A stretch of 64,000 bases of DNA from Octopus sinensis (taxonomy: Eukaryota): assembly GCF_006345805.1 (NCBI RefSeq), contig NW_021833078.1, forward strand, positions 1 to 64,000, written 5' to 3'. Of this stretch, positions 26,597-40,342 are shown in pieces. Below the pieces are notes generated by a model. The model was not told the DNA's origin. It saw nothing but the letters and a program-made list of their open reading frames with translations, and ran no database searches. How positions within the stretch are numbered: the first letter of the stretch is position 1; every line of letters starts with the position of its first letter. The position numbers were made by a program, and so were the translations under genes.

Positions 26597-27171
26597 GAAA
26601 TTTATCTATAATAATTATTGTGCCATTTACCGTTAAATTAGCAGTTAGAACATGTGCTTCTATTTGGTTAATTTGCTTATATTGGCTCATTTACACAATT
26701 TGCTTATATGTGGCCTCTCTCTTCAGCTGATCATGTGACCATTTGGCGTCAATGTATAAATATTAATCAATTTTATCTACTTCTTCCTCTCTTCTTTCTT
26801 CTCTCCTCCTCCATCTGTCACTCTTCACCGCTCACTCACTCCACCTCAACCTCTCTAATTAACTGATGTATAACGGGTGAATGAACATGCAGATTATCAT
26901 ATATATATGTGTGTGTGTGATATAATTTAGAAAACACAGTAAAAGGTTGTCATTCTAGTACTCGGAGTTGGGCTTTGAGAAGACAGTCACGCCTTTTCTT
27001 TTGTTTCAGGAAACATTTTCGCTTCTATAACAGAGAAACCGAAAAGCAAAATCAGAACGATTATTTCAAAAGACATAAAGCAGACGAGATTTCTTCTGTG
27101 AGAGAAGTGATAATCCTTTAACAACTAGTAAAGCATTTGAAGTTCCATCTATCACAATATTGTAAACAAAT

Positions 27172-27526
27172 ATGCTTTGCTTCTCAGTTAGTCACGACAT
27201 TCATATAGCAAATGTTTACGTAATTATTTTCTCAATGCTATTATTCCAAATATGCTTGGGCATTAATGTAGCATTCAGAGAATATTATGGGATTCGTGTT
27301 CCACCTCCTCTAAATGCCATTCCAGAAGATGACAAATTAATTCAGATGTCAAACATTCGATCACGAATTGAGTGCTTCTCTCTTTGTATGACATATTCCG
27401 AATGTGGTATGACTATTTACAGCGTTTCCGAGAAAGTATGCATCCTGCGTAAAATCAAGCAATTACCTGGTGCCTCATCGTTCATCGACATTCCTGCAAA
27501 CAGTATTTACACCATGCTACAAGCCC
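27172..27526 (+). CDS. PAN/Apple + C-type lectin protein, coding exon 1 (hydrophobic leader + PAN/Apple domain); start codon uncertain (27172, 27235 or an upstream exon)
   Basis: Hydrophobic VYVIIFSMLLFQICLGINVAF; PAN core ECFSLCMTYSECGMTIYSVSEKVCIL; donor c|GTGAGT at 27527 (phase 1). Confidence 0.75.
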
Positions 27527-29104
27527 GTGAGTAGTGTTTTGAGATTCTTTTCTATTTTACATGATGTGTATATATTTACTTTCCATCATCCTCTAGTAGA
27601 CCCTCTTCAAGGAAACCAATGTTCAAAGAATAGTTATGTATTTCTTTTCTATTATTCTTTACCTTCCACCCATTCTGAATGTTCTTCTAATTGAAGCAGC
27701 ATCAGTCATATCCCTAACTATGTTTTTGACCTTTTGCTTTCCATATATTTCTTTCAGATTAATTTACGTTTCCCCTTAAATGTGTTGTTGTTGCTGTTCT
27801 TGTTGTTGTGGAAGCTATGGTTAATCCTGATAGTTAATGGTAATCCTTAATATGATCAAAGGCATTTCCACCGTAATTATCTCATGTGTTTTAGTGCTTT
27901 CTAGAACATATATCATCTTATATGTTCTTTCTCTAAGACGAGGATATGATTTCAGTGAGGTTTGGCTGTTCGTTATAGAAGGTCGAACGAACATAGAGAG
28001 ATTTCAATTACACTTTTTTCTATTCAACGTAGATGACAGAAAATACATTTTAGGGTACTGTACAGTGAAATTAAACTCAAGATAGCGTCTTAACCGCGCA
28101 AATACTACCACTGTGTTATCATTCTATTGTATTCAAAGTATATGGCATAGCGTGCACACAGCATTTCTTAATTTAGTCATTTATTACAATATTATGGTTG
28201 TTTATTTCGTAAGCTTGCATGCACTGTCATCTCTCACAGGTTCATTATACTTGCATTTTAATTACACTAACCTTCACACTCATATCATTGCTGGATTTCT
28301 TTAATGAAATACCTCAAAATTTACAAATGAATTATTCTACTGTTCTCCTGTTCTATCTTCAGACGTAATGTCTTCGCTGAAATCGAAAATAGTTGTGAAC
28401 TGTTTCATTAGATTTCCCCAAATATTTCACCACAAACTTCGGGAATATCTTGTAGTATAATATAACGAGGGACAGATACTAAGCTGTATTTACCAAATAT
28501 TTCATCTCACATTACATGATATGAAGAAAGCGAGAATAAGAGAGAGTGAGACAGAGAAAGAGAGATAGATTGAGAGAGACAGACACACAGACAGAGGGAG
28601 AAAGTTAGCAATGAGTGCGTGCTTGCAGTTAAACTAACTTTCTACTGTTGACGTAAATCCTTCAAACAAAAGAATCACTTAACCACGTATGCGTAGCAGG
28701 AACAACATTAACTAATCTTATACACGCACAACTCTAGGTAAGTTTTCAATAAACGTATAGATTATTGTTTCTAAGATGAGCACTAGGCCAGAAACAAGAC
28801 CAAATACTGGTGTCTATTTTATCAATACAACTGTCGTATGTTTGCTTTTATGTAATAATATCTATTTCTTTTTCAATAGTTTTGCTTTTTTGTGTCATTG
28901 TACATGTTGTCAATAGTTTATTTGCTATCGCCAATATGTTTTACACATACTATTATACTACCATAAATATGCAGCTTACTAGTTGTTGTATCGCACGTTC
29001 GAGGTACGATATAACGGGATAATAATAACGTATTAGCAAATCGTTCCACTCAAGATGCTAGTATTGACCCTCGACAATACGCTACTCTCGGCTTTTTCTC
29101 TGCT

Positions 29105-31795
29105 TAATTCTTTATTAGGCACAAAGGCCCGAAACACAGAGCGGACGGTACAAGGACAGACAGAACAATACAAGTGGGGAGAAAACATTATATGAAAAAT
29201 GCAAGTGAAATGGCCACTCGAGTCCCACTTTCGGGTGGTTACATTTAACTGGGGTTTTTTTCAGTTTTTTTTTTAATATCAAACTTTCATCAATAAAAAT
29301 TGTACTTAATATATTTACTAGTTCAGGTGCTGTATTGTCTTTGTAATCTACGACTGGAGGTAGGGTTCTGTTTCCACCTCCTCTCCTAACGGGTCAATTA
29401 GTGAACCAAATATTTCTCTTAATTTTGTGTATTTTTCTCCGTCTATTTATATACATTTGGTGTATTCCGGTTTCGCCTCAGCCAGAAATTTCACTCTGAG
29501 TGTTTTGTTTGTCTGCATTTAGGTCTGTATTACTACATGGGGTACTGGGGATGTATTTCTTCCGTTATCACATTTAATTCTTCTTGGGTGACTTGGACCA
29601 CCTTTTCCAGTCCATAACTCCAACAATTTCAACAATTTCACTTCTTAGTTCTTGTGACATGCAATATTTTGATTTCTTCCGTTTCATAAGTTATGGCTAC
29701 TACCAACCATGCTTCCTCTATTTCTGGCGGTATCCTGCCAACCTTAATGCTCACGACTCTTTAACCGCAGTAGGTTGGCAGGAGTGCCCATTCCTGTGAT
29801 CTCAGAGGTACAGTGGAGTGATTGATTGCCTCTTCTTCCGTGGTAAACCTCACCTGCACTTTGCCGTACTTTCTTCCTCTGGTATAGCAGGTGGTTACAC
29901 TTTTGACATTTTCTAGGCATATTTCTATAGCCTCCTCCGTCACTATCTCAATTTTCTTGCTGGATAAGGACAGCGTTCTGTAGCACACTGTCCTCCTGGT
30001 ACTATTGGTCATTTCTTCTGGAGGAGTCAATCGCAGGCTTTCCCCTCCTTCTTGAGCAGCTCCCAGTGACTTCCAATCTTCTCGAGGTCTGTTACTACCT
30101 ATCGAAGTAGTCTTTTCGTTTTCTTTTTCTATTTTATATTAAAAACTTGCTTACTTGTTTTACCAGTATACGGTTTCAAATCGTCATAGTCCACGACTAG
30201 AGGTGAGTCATCATATGCCACCTCCACTCCTAATGGGTCTATGTTTGTCCGAACCATTCCTTTAAGTTAGCATATCTTTCCGTGTCTATTAGTATACGTT
30301 TAGTGTTTTCTGTATATTCTTCAACCGATAATTTCACTCTAATCACCGATTTGAACATGGTGATTTTTCGTTCAATTGCCGTAGATTTTGTGTATGTCAC
30401 AATAAGCGCTTTGTTTTTTCAGGGCCCTTTGAGGGACTGTGTGTTATGCTTGTCTGTTTGTCTACAAGGTGAACTCGGACTATCTGGAGTTGATTCCTTT
30501 TTTTATTGGTGTTACTGGTGGTGATATTTGCTGTGTGAGTGTAAAGTGTATCGTGTGTTTGCTGTACAATGTCTTCTGTTTTACTATTTTTCTTTTTCTT
30601 TTTTCGACTTTTAGTGGGATGTATTCACTGTTTCCTTTCTCATTCTTTTGGGTACTTCTGTAAATCCCTCTTCTTCTCTATCCTCCGTACACTTCTCCTG
30701 TGCGGGGCTTGTCATTTCGGTACTCCGACTTTGTTCATACAGATTTTATCTAGTTTCATTGTTTATCTGGGGGCACTTTTTTATGTGCCCCTTCCGTCTA
30801 CTTCCGTAGCAAGTGAGGAGTCGCTCCTCCACTGAAACATTTAGTGTTCCCTCATCTGGGAGTTCAATTACTTCTGGAATCTCGTTCATATCCGCCAGAG
30901 TTATGTGAACCAGCAACTCAAGGCCGTGTCCCCAGCAGTTTAGTTTCTGCGTTCTTGTAGCTGACCCTATGCTGAGCTCTTCTTTTGTAGTGGATAGGAC
31001 TGCCGCCGCTATCCATTTCTTCTTCATTTCCGGAGGAATCCTACCAACCCTTACTCTGTTTATTCTTCTACCCAAGTAAGTTGGCAGGAGCTTCCATTCC
31101 TCATTTGCAATAGATACAGTGGAGTTCTTAATGCTTCTTCTGTTGAGATGAATCTCACCTCCACTGTACCGAATTTCTTTCCACGAGTGTAAGAAGTTTT
31201 TTTTTCCTTAATACATCTTTCGATATCCTACTCTTTCGCTACTTCCATTTTTCATTCTTTCGTGTTGAGTGTCCTGTCAATAACAGTTTTCATTTCTATT
31301 TCTGCTAACAAGTCTTCAGGAGGAGTCAGCTTTACTTTGCCTCCCTCCTTTTCGGTAAACTTCTTACATTTTCGCAGTTTATCAATAGGTACATTCATTT
31401 AACCGGCTACTGCTGCGTAGCTTCCACTTTTCTTTGCACCTGGCATCTCCACCTCCATTCCTCGTGCAGATAGAGAAGCAACAAAAAGTACAAGCTTGCT
31501 TAACAAGCTATGTGTTTAAATTACATTAAAAATTCGTCAAACAATTCAACAAAGTAACAATTTTTACAAACAACAGTTCAAAGATTCAACAGTTCAAAAT
31601 TAACACCAACCTGGGCCGAAACCAAAATTCAAATAAATTGTATACAAGATCTAAGAACTTTGGGAAAAATAAGCCAACAATTGGAATTCAACATGGAACT
31701 GGAGCAATAGAATGAATACATTACAGAATTAATTCTCATCCGTCTTTAACCTCAGATCGAACACCACCGAGGCATATAGTCATTATAGCCGTATC
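29105..31795 (-). mobile_element. Decayed Tx1-derived element(s) with two tandem ORF1 copies, one 5' leader, one 3' tail and no ORF2, in lectin intron 1
   Basis: ORF1-like TPPEE..YTRGRKYGKVQVRF..WALLPTYCG (29761-30030) and TPPED..YTRGKKFGTVEVRF..LLPTYLGRRINRVRVGRIPPE..CYG..GH..CP (30746-31330), homologous to ORF1 at 19371; 3' end gggcctttgtgcctAATAAAGAAT at about 29110. Confidence 0.65.
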
Positions 31796-31803
31796 ATGGT
31801 GAA

Positions 31804-31966
<163 letters not shown>

Positions 31967-32876
31967 ATTTTGGCTCGCAGACCCAATTAGCCCTCCGCAG
32001 AAGCTACCTTAAATGTCCGCACGGAATACGGCCTTTAAGCTAGTGCTTCTTGCGCCTTTGTTCCGATCCTAGCTCCATTGTATACAGTGATTGTAGTCAA
32101 GAGTTGCTCAAAGGAGACGTACGTACGTTTAGCTATGAAGAGTTTGTTTATTCACTGATATTTGTATTTGTTGTGTTTTTTCAAAATAGACAATAAGTTT
32201 AGTCAGAATTAATTTAAAATTGTTCACAGCTTCCTTTCAGGTAGCTATTAATTTTACACTTGTAATTAATCGTACACATTTAGTGTTGTTTTGTCTGTGA
32301 ATTGTTTAGAAAAGTTTCTTCGCTTTTTCTATGTATCTAACGTTACAGAACCGTGTTTCTATAACTATGTTAAAATGTATATAGCCATTTATGTAACCAT
32401 TAAAGTTAGAAAGGTTACTTCTTTAAGCTTTAATGATGTAATAACCTGTTCATAATATACACGTTCATAAAGAGGTGAAAACTATCAAAATAGGTGAGTT
32501 TAGCACCAGCTCTTAATCATGCATTTTTAATGTTGCTGGCTGAAATATCGTCTGGTCACACTGTCTTGCATTTTAATGAATAAAGGAACTTTTAGAGCTG
32601 CTAACTATGTTGGCGGGAGGTTGAGAGAGTGCTGAAGAAAAGTAAATTCTAGAAAGAGATTTATTGTGCATGCAAAAGCAAGACTGGAATGGAAGTGTCT
32701 ATAAATTCTACTTGCCAGTGTACAGATACAAACCATTTTTAACTGAGGTGCACTTGGTAAGAGACGATATTTCTAAGTCAGTTAATGGTTAAAAGCCACC
32801 TGAAATTAGAATAAGCTATTACTTTACCGCATGATCTAACAGAAGAAACATATTTCTCTTGCCCACCTATATATAG

Positions 32877-33056
32877 CTGAATGTCCTACATCAGCCGGCT
32901 ACACTTACCAACCAGAATTGAGATTGTGTTATCAAATAGGTTCAACGAAAATTTCATGGAATGAAGCTGCAGACAATTGCAATAAGGATCGAGGACGACT
33001 TATTCACATTAGAAATTTAGAAGTAATGAACTATCTAAAAGCACTATTACCATGGG
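32877..33056 (+). CDS. PAN/Apple + C-type lectin protein, exon 2 (CTLD N-terminal half)
   Basis: Acceptor AG 32875-32876, phase 1 (c+ct=Pro); ECPTSAGYTYQPELRLCYQIGSTKISWNEAADNCNKDRGRLIHIRNLEVMNYLKALLPW; donor g|GTGTGC at 33057 (phase 1). Confidence 0.82.
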
Positions 33057-33221
33057 GTGTGCTACATTTTACTATTTTATACACACTCATTCACACACAA
33101 AAACTGTCTCTCTCTTTCTCTCACTCTCTTTCTCCCTCTCTCTTTCTCTCTCTCCACACACCCAAATGTAACCAAAATATATATCTAATATAAACTATAA
33201 CTGTTTACTCTTTTGCCCCTT

Positions 33222-33600
33222 TTTTACTTGTTTTAGTCTTTTCACTGTAGCCATTCTGGAGCACCGCCTTTAGTCGAGCAAAACGATCCTAGGACTTATT
33301 CTTTGTAAGCCTAGTGCTTATGCTATCGGTCTCTTTTACCGAACCACTACGTTACGGTGATGTAAACACACCAGCATTGGTTGTCAAGCGATGTTGGCGG
33401 GACAAACACAGACACACAAACATATACACACACACGTACATATATATATACATATATACGACGGACTTCTTTCAGTTTCCGTCTACCAAATCTACTCACA
33501 AGGCTTCGGCCGACACTTGCCCAAGGTGCCACGCGGTGGGATTGAACTCGGAATCATGTGGTTGGTAAGCAAGTTACTTACTGCACATCCACTCCTACAC
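33222..33600 (-). mobile_element. tRNA-derived SINE family 1 (CR1-type 3' end) in lectin intron 2
   Basis: Homologous to 48432-48810 and 57256-57643; tRNA-like head, internal TA/TG tract, 3' ggcggtgctccag..ctgaaac-like end. Confidence 0.85.
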
Positions 33601-35040
33601 CTACTTACAACACAGCCACTGCTAATATTTTCATTTAAAATTTTATGCCATTTCGCAAATTACATTCCGTTTTACTTCTAATTTTTCTCATATTTGTACT
33701 TTCTACTCTGATTATTTCTTTTTCGATGAGAAAATACACCAAGTTTTGATAAAATATCGAATGCAATCATTTAATTTCATATATGTGTTTTAAAGAATTG
33801 TCATTTATTGTCAATGAGTTTCAAAAGAAAATAACTTTGCCAGTTCAAAAATACTTCAGTTATGATCTATTTTAGATTTTATTCTGTTTGTTACATATTC
33901 AAATTCGAGTAGAATGTTGAGACAATGGAAATATTTTGTTATAAATCGTATTGTTATAAATTGTTGGAGATTTTACAGAATGTAATTTCTTTTCAACCAA
34001 TGTTTTCGTATTATGTAACATCTTTTGGACTACACCCTCTTCAATATTAGTAAGGACAATTGTCATGACGGTTTAGAGCATTGAATTACCTTATTGCAGG
34101 AACATTACTGACAATATAAACATAGTCTCAACGAAATGGATCCCTTTATGAATTTTGATTTTGGTTTTAATCGACATAGCGCCAATGCGTATAGTAAATC
34201 TTTAGTGTCGATTTCATTGATCAGCAAATTCATAAGAAGCATCCTTTCAAATTTAAATAATATGAAAGTTTAATTCTCTTCAGTAGTGAATTCATATGCA
34301 AAGAGACTAAATAAATAATTTACCTACCATATTAGTTAGTTCAACTTTTTTCATTGTAAATAATTAGTTATATATATGATGAACATGTAACCGTTCTCAA
34401 GCCACAAAGATCGATAAACAGATTTCAGCATCTACGTTAATAACAAGAATATAATTTATATTAATATATACGACAGGTTATGATTCATCGAAGACCTCGT
34501 AATGATTTCTAACGGGCACAAAACCTAAAATTTGAGGCGGGTCTATTACATTGATAGCGGAGAAATATAAGGCGTAGTTGACCTGGGCGGGATATAAATT
34601 CACAATGTAAAAAGTCATTAACAATTTATGTTTCAGCTTAATACTCAACGAAACTATCAAAAGAAATAATAAAAGAACAATTAGAACTAAAACTACAACA
34701 GTAAATGCTTGTTGTTAACTTTGGGGTTTAAGAATCCTAACATTCATACTTATATTTCTCTGAGGTAATATATCTGGTAAAAGATCATGAGCAAATTCAA
34801 TTTCCATTCTCTGGCTATTCTGTATGCAATCCCTTCAGATTGTCAAATACAATATTTCTCGGAACATCAGTGTTGTTCGACCGGCTAGAAACCACAGTTA
34901 AATTATCTTTAAGTCGCACCTACAGTCACGAGAAAATAACGACATATAAGGCCTCGTGCACGTAGTTATGCACAAAAAGACTGGTGTCAAGAATGAGGTG
35001 TCTTTCATATGAAGTCGTCTTCTTGCTTGGAGCAATCCGA

Positions 35041-35042
35041 GG

Positions 35043-35091
<49 letters not shown>

Positions 35092-35180
35092 CACTACTAC
35101 TACTACTACAATTACTACTACTACTACAACAACAACTACTACTACTACTACTACTTCTACAACCAATACTAATAATACTA
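35041..35180. repeat. (TAC)n-rich microsatellite
   Basis: Direct inspection; the poly-T/Y/V ORFs are artefacts. Confidence 0.95.
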
Positions 35181-36198
35181 TTGTTGTTGCTACCGTTGCT
35201 GCTACGGTTGTTTTTTCTAGCTCTTTCATTATAATCACCTCATTTATGAACAATGAGAAAATCGTATTGGTCTAAGATATTAAATGAATCTTCTTTTACC
35301 CATGTAAATTTTGTATACATAATGGCTCTATCTATTTCGATAAGCCAGTAAATTCCGACTTCCTAGATATACTGGTTTCTGTTATTTACTCAAATCGACT
35401 CTGACGGAACACTTATTTTATCAGATAACACTCTCCCGGCAAAATCTGATTTCAGCATTCCTAAGCCGACTTTATTTCATTTCTAGTTTGCAAATAGCCG
35501 TATTTTCTATGCAATAGTTATAAGACTAAGACAGTGTAACTGTAGTTCAATTGCTGAAACCAGTATACATGAATGTTAAGATTGCTAGTTTTATTTTAAT
35601 TGAAACAAGTTGTTAAGTTTATATTTGTATCAGAAACGTGGAAATATGCTTTAGCCAATTATGCCGATTTTCAAACTTTTCCAATTCAAAGCACGCTGAA
35701 TGGGGTTAAGTAAGTTCGTCCGTTAGATTTTGAAATGGTAGGTACGAAAGTTCGCAGGTCTGTTTCTATTTATAAGTATTATTTTTAAACGAGGATAGCG
35801 ATGCGCATTGCATTTTGCCTCGCTTCAAAATATTTTGTAATTTTCTGACTACCCAGAAACTTGGAGCATACCAGGGAATCAAATGCAAGTTCTCGGTGAG
35901 CTGCGGCTTTGTGTGTGAAAATATCTACGCTGAGTGACCATTCAACTTACGAGAGACGGCAATCAACTTTCTCGAATAAGAGAATACAGTCAAACATACA
36001 CTGTCAACACAAATAAGGCAGAATTCCATGACGTATCAGTGCTAAACAGGGGCTAAACTATAGCAGCAGCTACTACTACTACAATTGAAGCAAGACAATA
36101 TAATGGTCAATATACATCGAATTATAAACAAGTTCCAACAAGCCGATTATTAATCAATATATATAATTTTTTCTTTTTGCTTTTGTTTTATGTTCCAG

Positions 36199-36443
36199 AG
36201 CCGCAAATATTTTGCCATTTCTATATTGGGTTGTGCAAAGATCTTACTAAGAAAATCTTTGTATGGCAGAATGGAGAAGCAAACATTTTTGATTTCTGGA
36301 GTGAGGATAATCCCTCCAATACTATTGGCAGTGAAAACAGTGTAGGCTTCATAAAAACCCAGAATTACAGATGGAATGATCTTCATTGTAAAACACTGCG
36401 GATTGGGAGACAAATATGTCAGATAGTTATACGAAAAATGTAG
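36199..36443 (+). CDS. PAN/Apple + C-type lectin protein, exon 3 (CTLD C-terminal half, stop TAG)
   Basis: Long pyrimidine tract and ccAG at 36197-36198, phase 1 (g+ag=Glu); FYIGL..FVWQNG..FWSEDNPSN..ENSV..WNDLHC..ICQ. Joined CDS 780 nt, 259 aa. Confidence 0.85.
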
Positions 36444-37322
36444 CTGAAACAATCGTAATTACACACACGTCGTTGATTAAGATCAGTCAGAATGTTGCCA
36501 TTGGTTTTACGTTTATTATTATTCTTAACTATAGTGGCGTCACGCTAGAGCTAATGGCTGGAGGCACATTACCTTCTTATTAATGGAGATATTTTACTCA
36601 ATGTGGGTTGTGAAAATTACACATTAACGAAATGCTGTGTAGGAAAGAAACCTTCTGGGTGAGACGGAGTTATCTGCATTGATTGGTTTCATTTGTGTCC
36701 AGAAAGTGTCAGTTTATGTAAGAATTCCGTCCGCTAGTCAGTAGACGAGGAATTCCATGTCTTCAACGTAAATATTCTCCCATGTGGGCACTGGCAAAAC
36801 ATCTCACTTCTGGAATTGAAGAAAATTCTATTGACCCTAAATTTCCAAATGTAAGATATTTAGCTGGGGTCCACATCAGAGAAAATTCATGCTGGAGACC
36901 TGGAATTCTCCGCTTGCTAACTCATGAACGGAAATAGGGCATAAAAAAACATTGTACGGACACAAATGGAGTGGTCAAAGGGAGATAAATTCATCTCAGC
37001 CAAAACAAAATTTTACTTCAGAGAATTTCGTTTCAGAGTCTTATTTTTCGTTATTTTTCACTAGTCTGGATGACTAAGAGTGTGTTTTACCGCCATTTGT
37101 AAAGAGGTTCTATGCCTTCAATTAGTAACTGTTATGAGTAATCTATATTGCCCAGAGTAACAATGGACGTGAAACCACTGATAATTATCGGACTGACCAT
37201 AATCAACGACTACACTAAGTATTACTGCACAAATATATTTTAGCGTGTCATTTTTAGGGGGACTAATGAATAGGTGATAGTTTATACACACACGCACGAA
37301 AATACACATAGACACACACATA

Positions 37323-37416
<94 letters not shown>

Positions 37417-37425
37417 ATATATATA

Positions 37426-37656
37426 TATTTCTTTACTACCCACAAGAGGCTAAACACAGAGGAGACACACAAGGACAGACAAAGGGATTAAGTCGATTAC
37501 ATCGACCCCAGAGCGTAACTGGTACTTAATTTATCGACCCCGGAAGGATGAAAGGCAAAGTCGACCTCGGCGGAATTTGAACTCAGAACGTAACGGCAGA
37601 CGTAATACGGCAACGCATTTCGCCCGGCGTGCTAACGTTTCTACCAGCTCGCTGCC
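37426..37656 (-). mobile_element. tRNA-derived SINE family 2 (Nin/Deu-like central domain, Tx1-like 3' end)
   Basis: Head ggcagcgagctggtagaaacgttagc..gagttcaaattcc (A/B-box-like); gcctttcatccttccggggtcgataaattaagtaccag; tail gcctcttgtgggtagtaaagaaata. Confidence 0.8.
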
Positions 37657-37663
37657 TGTGTAC

Positions 37664-37694
<31 letters not shown>

Positions 37695-37821
37695 CAACAC
37701 TTTTAATTCTCAATATCATTTGTATTCTGTGTAAGTCGGACATTTTTACATGTATTACATTTCTACATTTATGTATTTACTGTATTTCATAATATTAATC
37801 TCCGTTTAACAATACATATAA

Positions 37822-37904
<83 letters not shown>

Positions 37905-37916
37905 ATACATATACAC

Positions 37917-37949
<33 letters not shown>

Positions 37950-38013
37950 ATATGCATATATATATATACATATATTCATATATATATACATATATATATA
38001 TTATATATATATA

Positions 38014-38943
38014 CTAGCAGTATCGCCCGGCGTTGCTCGGGTTGTAAGGGAAATAACTATATAAGCATTTTTAGAGAGTTATAGCCAAAAAATAGCAAAA
38101 AAATGCATTAAAAATTGAAAAAAAATTAAGGTAAATTTTTTTTAAATCGTTGACACATCGTAGATGCTTTTTTTTTTCAGTCATAGAGTTAGATTTATGA
38201 AGGTCTTCAGTAGAAAATCCTTCGAATTCTGACTCGCTGCTTGATATAATGAAATTCGTATCCATTTTTTGTCAGAATTACAAATTTTGAAAACACAATA
38301 GGAACAAATTTCGGAAAAAAATCTCCCATAATTCGCGGAATTAAAATTACACTTCGATTTTTGTACAAAACTGTATTTGAAGTGTTTACGAAGTATAATA
38401 CGTGTTTTCACGAATGTACTAAAGAGATTTACTCTGATATTCTCATTTAAATATGAATAGGTAAATTCGGGCGGTTTGGTAACGAAAGGGTTTATATAAG
38501 TGTCGTCTGTTTATACATAAACACTGTTTCATAGTTTCAGTTTAGTCTTCCTCAAATCACTGTCGCTAATTTACTCTCTTCCAAGAACATTTTCACTCAC
38601 TGTTATCTGTTAGCTTCCCATACATTTTACTCATGTATCTATCAGCGTGATAGACAGAAACAAATATTACATTTACTTTCATTTTATTCGTTGCCCACTG
38701 TGTGTGTGCGTTTGCGTGTGGTGTAAACCAGACTAAGAAAAGCATTTGACACACACACCAGAATGTGAGTTTTCTGTAAATTTTGCTTAATTGGAGTTTA
38801 AAATTTAAAAACTGGACCTGGCATGACGCGATGCATTGTACTCTTAAAACTGCTAGGTAAATTGTAATTGAAGAAATCCTATATTGTAGATTTGTATAAC
38901 TCCCAAAGGGAGGCAGATAAAATCTGCCTTTTATAATGAGAGA
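38014..38943 (-). mobile_element. Non-autonomous Helitron-like element (~930 bp)
   Basis: 5' TCTCTCATTATAAAAGGCAG with subterminal hairpin aggcagattttatctgcct; 3' cccgagcaacgccgggcgatactgCTAG. Confidence 0.65.
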
Positions 38944-38948
38944 TTTAC

Positions 38949-39006
<58 letters not shown>

Positions 39007-39043
39007 TATATATATAGATATATATATATATATACATATACAT

Positions 39044-39805
39044 CAGAGACTTGGGAGTAACAGTGGACAACAACATAAGCTGGGCTACACATATAAGCAG
39101 CAAAGTTGACATGGCCCGCAGAATGTGTTCCTGGATTCTCAGAACCTTCCAGTCGAGAGATTCCCACGCTATTATCTTTCTCTTCTCCACTTTTGCCCGA
39201 CCTCACCTTGAATACTGCTGTCCACTGTGGTCTCCCTACACAAAACAAAATATTATGAGAAATAAAGCTCCCCAAAGGTCAATCACAAAAAAGATAGATG
39301 GCATGTCAGACCTTGACTACTGGGGTAGACAAGAGAAGCTGAAACTGTATTCACTCCAACGACGCCGTGAACGCTACATTATCTGTATGATGTGGAACAT
39401 ATTCCATCAGCACTGTCCGAATGATGTTGGCATCACCTTCAAAATACATGCAAGGCTTGGACCATGTGCCATCCATCCACAACAAAAATCTAAATCGCAT
39501 CACATAACGACAATACGGCACAATTATTTCACCTCAATTGGACCCGCTCTCTTCAACATTACACCAGGACACGTCAAAACAGAAACTGACTACACAAAAT
39601 TCAAGAAGTCTTTGGACAAATTCCTTCAAACAGTCCCGGACAAACCACCCACACCCGGATATGTCTCCGCAAGCAATAACTCTCTGCTCGAATGGGCCTT
39701 GGTTCCCAAATCCTTAATTGAAAGACTTCGCCAGGTGGTGCTACTAAGTTAGACATGGCCTGGGCCAATACTGGCCAAAACCTTTCTAAGTTATTCTAAG
39801 TTATA
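39044..39805 (+). mobile_element. CR1-like LINE 3' fragment (relative of 8500-12376)
   Basis: ORF 39051-39752 FARPHLEYCCPLWSP..KLYSLQRRRERY; 3' catggcctgggccaatactggccaaaac and (TTCTAAGTTA)2. Confidence 0.9.
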
Positions 39806-39856
39806 TATATGTATACATATACATATGTATATATATATATATATATAATATATATA

Positions 39857-39913
<57 letters not shown>

Positions 39914-40247
39914 GATGTATAAATAAATAAATGGAGTTGAACGTAGATGTTAATAAATTTCCTTTATTTTCGACATATGTTTCGAAGACAACATGGTTCT
40001 ATTCCAAAGAAATAAACGGTGTAAGATGCAATCTTCTCATCAGGAAAGAAAGAGAGCCTTTATTTATTTATTCATCTATAACACACAAATTATTGCACAT
40101 AACCCGGAGTTGCTACCTTTGGATAGGTTGCTTCAACCGTATTTCTAACGTGAATTTGCAGCCCTAGTAAGAGTTAGTTGAATTTTCCATGTTCACGGTA
40201 AACATGGGATAATTCATTCACCTATCGAAATATATATATACATGTAC

Positions 40248-40324
<77 letters not shown>

Positions 40325-40342
40325 TATATATATATATATATG

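Noticed and set aside
26855-26900. ctgatgt...gaacatgcagatta as a decayed hammerhead
   Set aside because: G8/A9, stem II and GAAA are all defective.
34478-34660. GC-richer minus-strand ORF (FYIVNLYPAQVNYALY..) in lectin intron 2 as a nested gene exon
   Set aside because: No recognisable domain or convincing splice sites.
34875-35045. Degenerate SINE-like sequence ahead of the (TAC)n tract
   Set aside because: Recognised only from memory of cephalopod repeats; no second copy in the window to support it.
36560-36960. Possible ancient RTE endonuclease remnant on the minus strand
   Set aside because: Only vague resemblance; no intact motif could be read.
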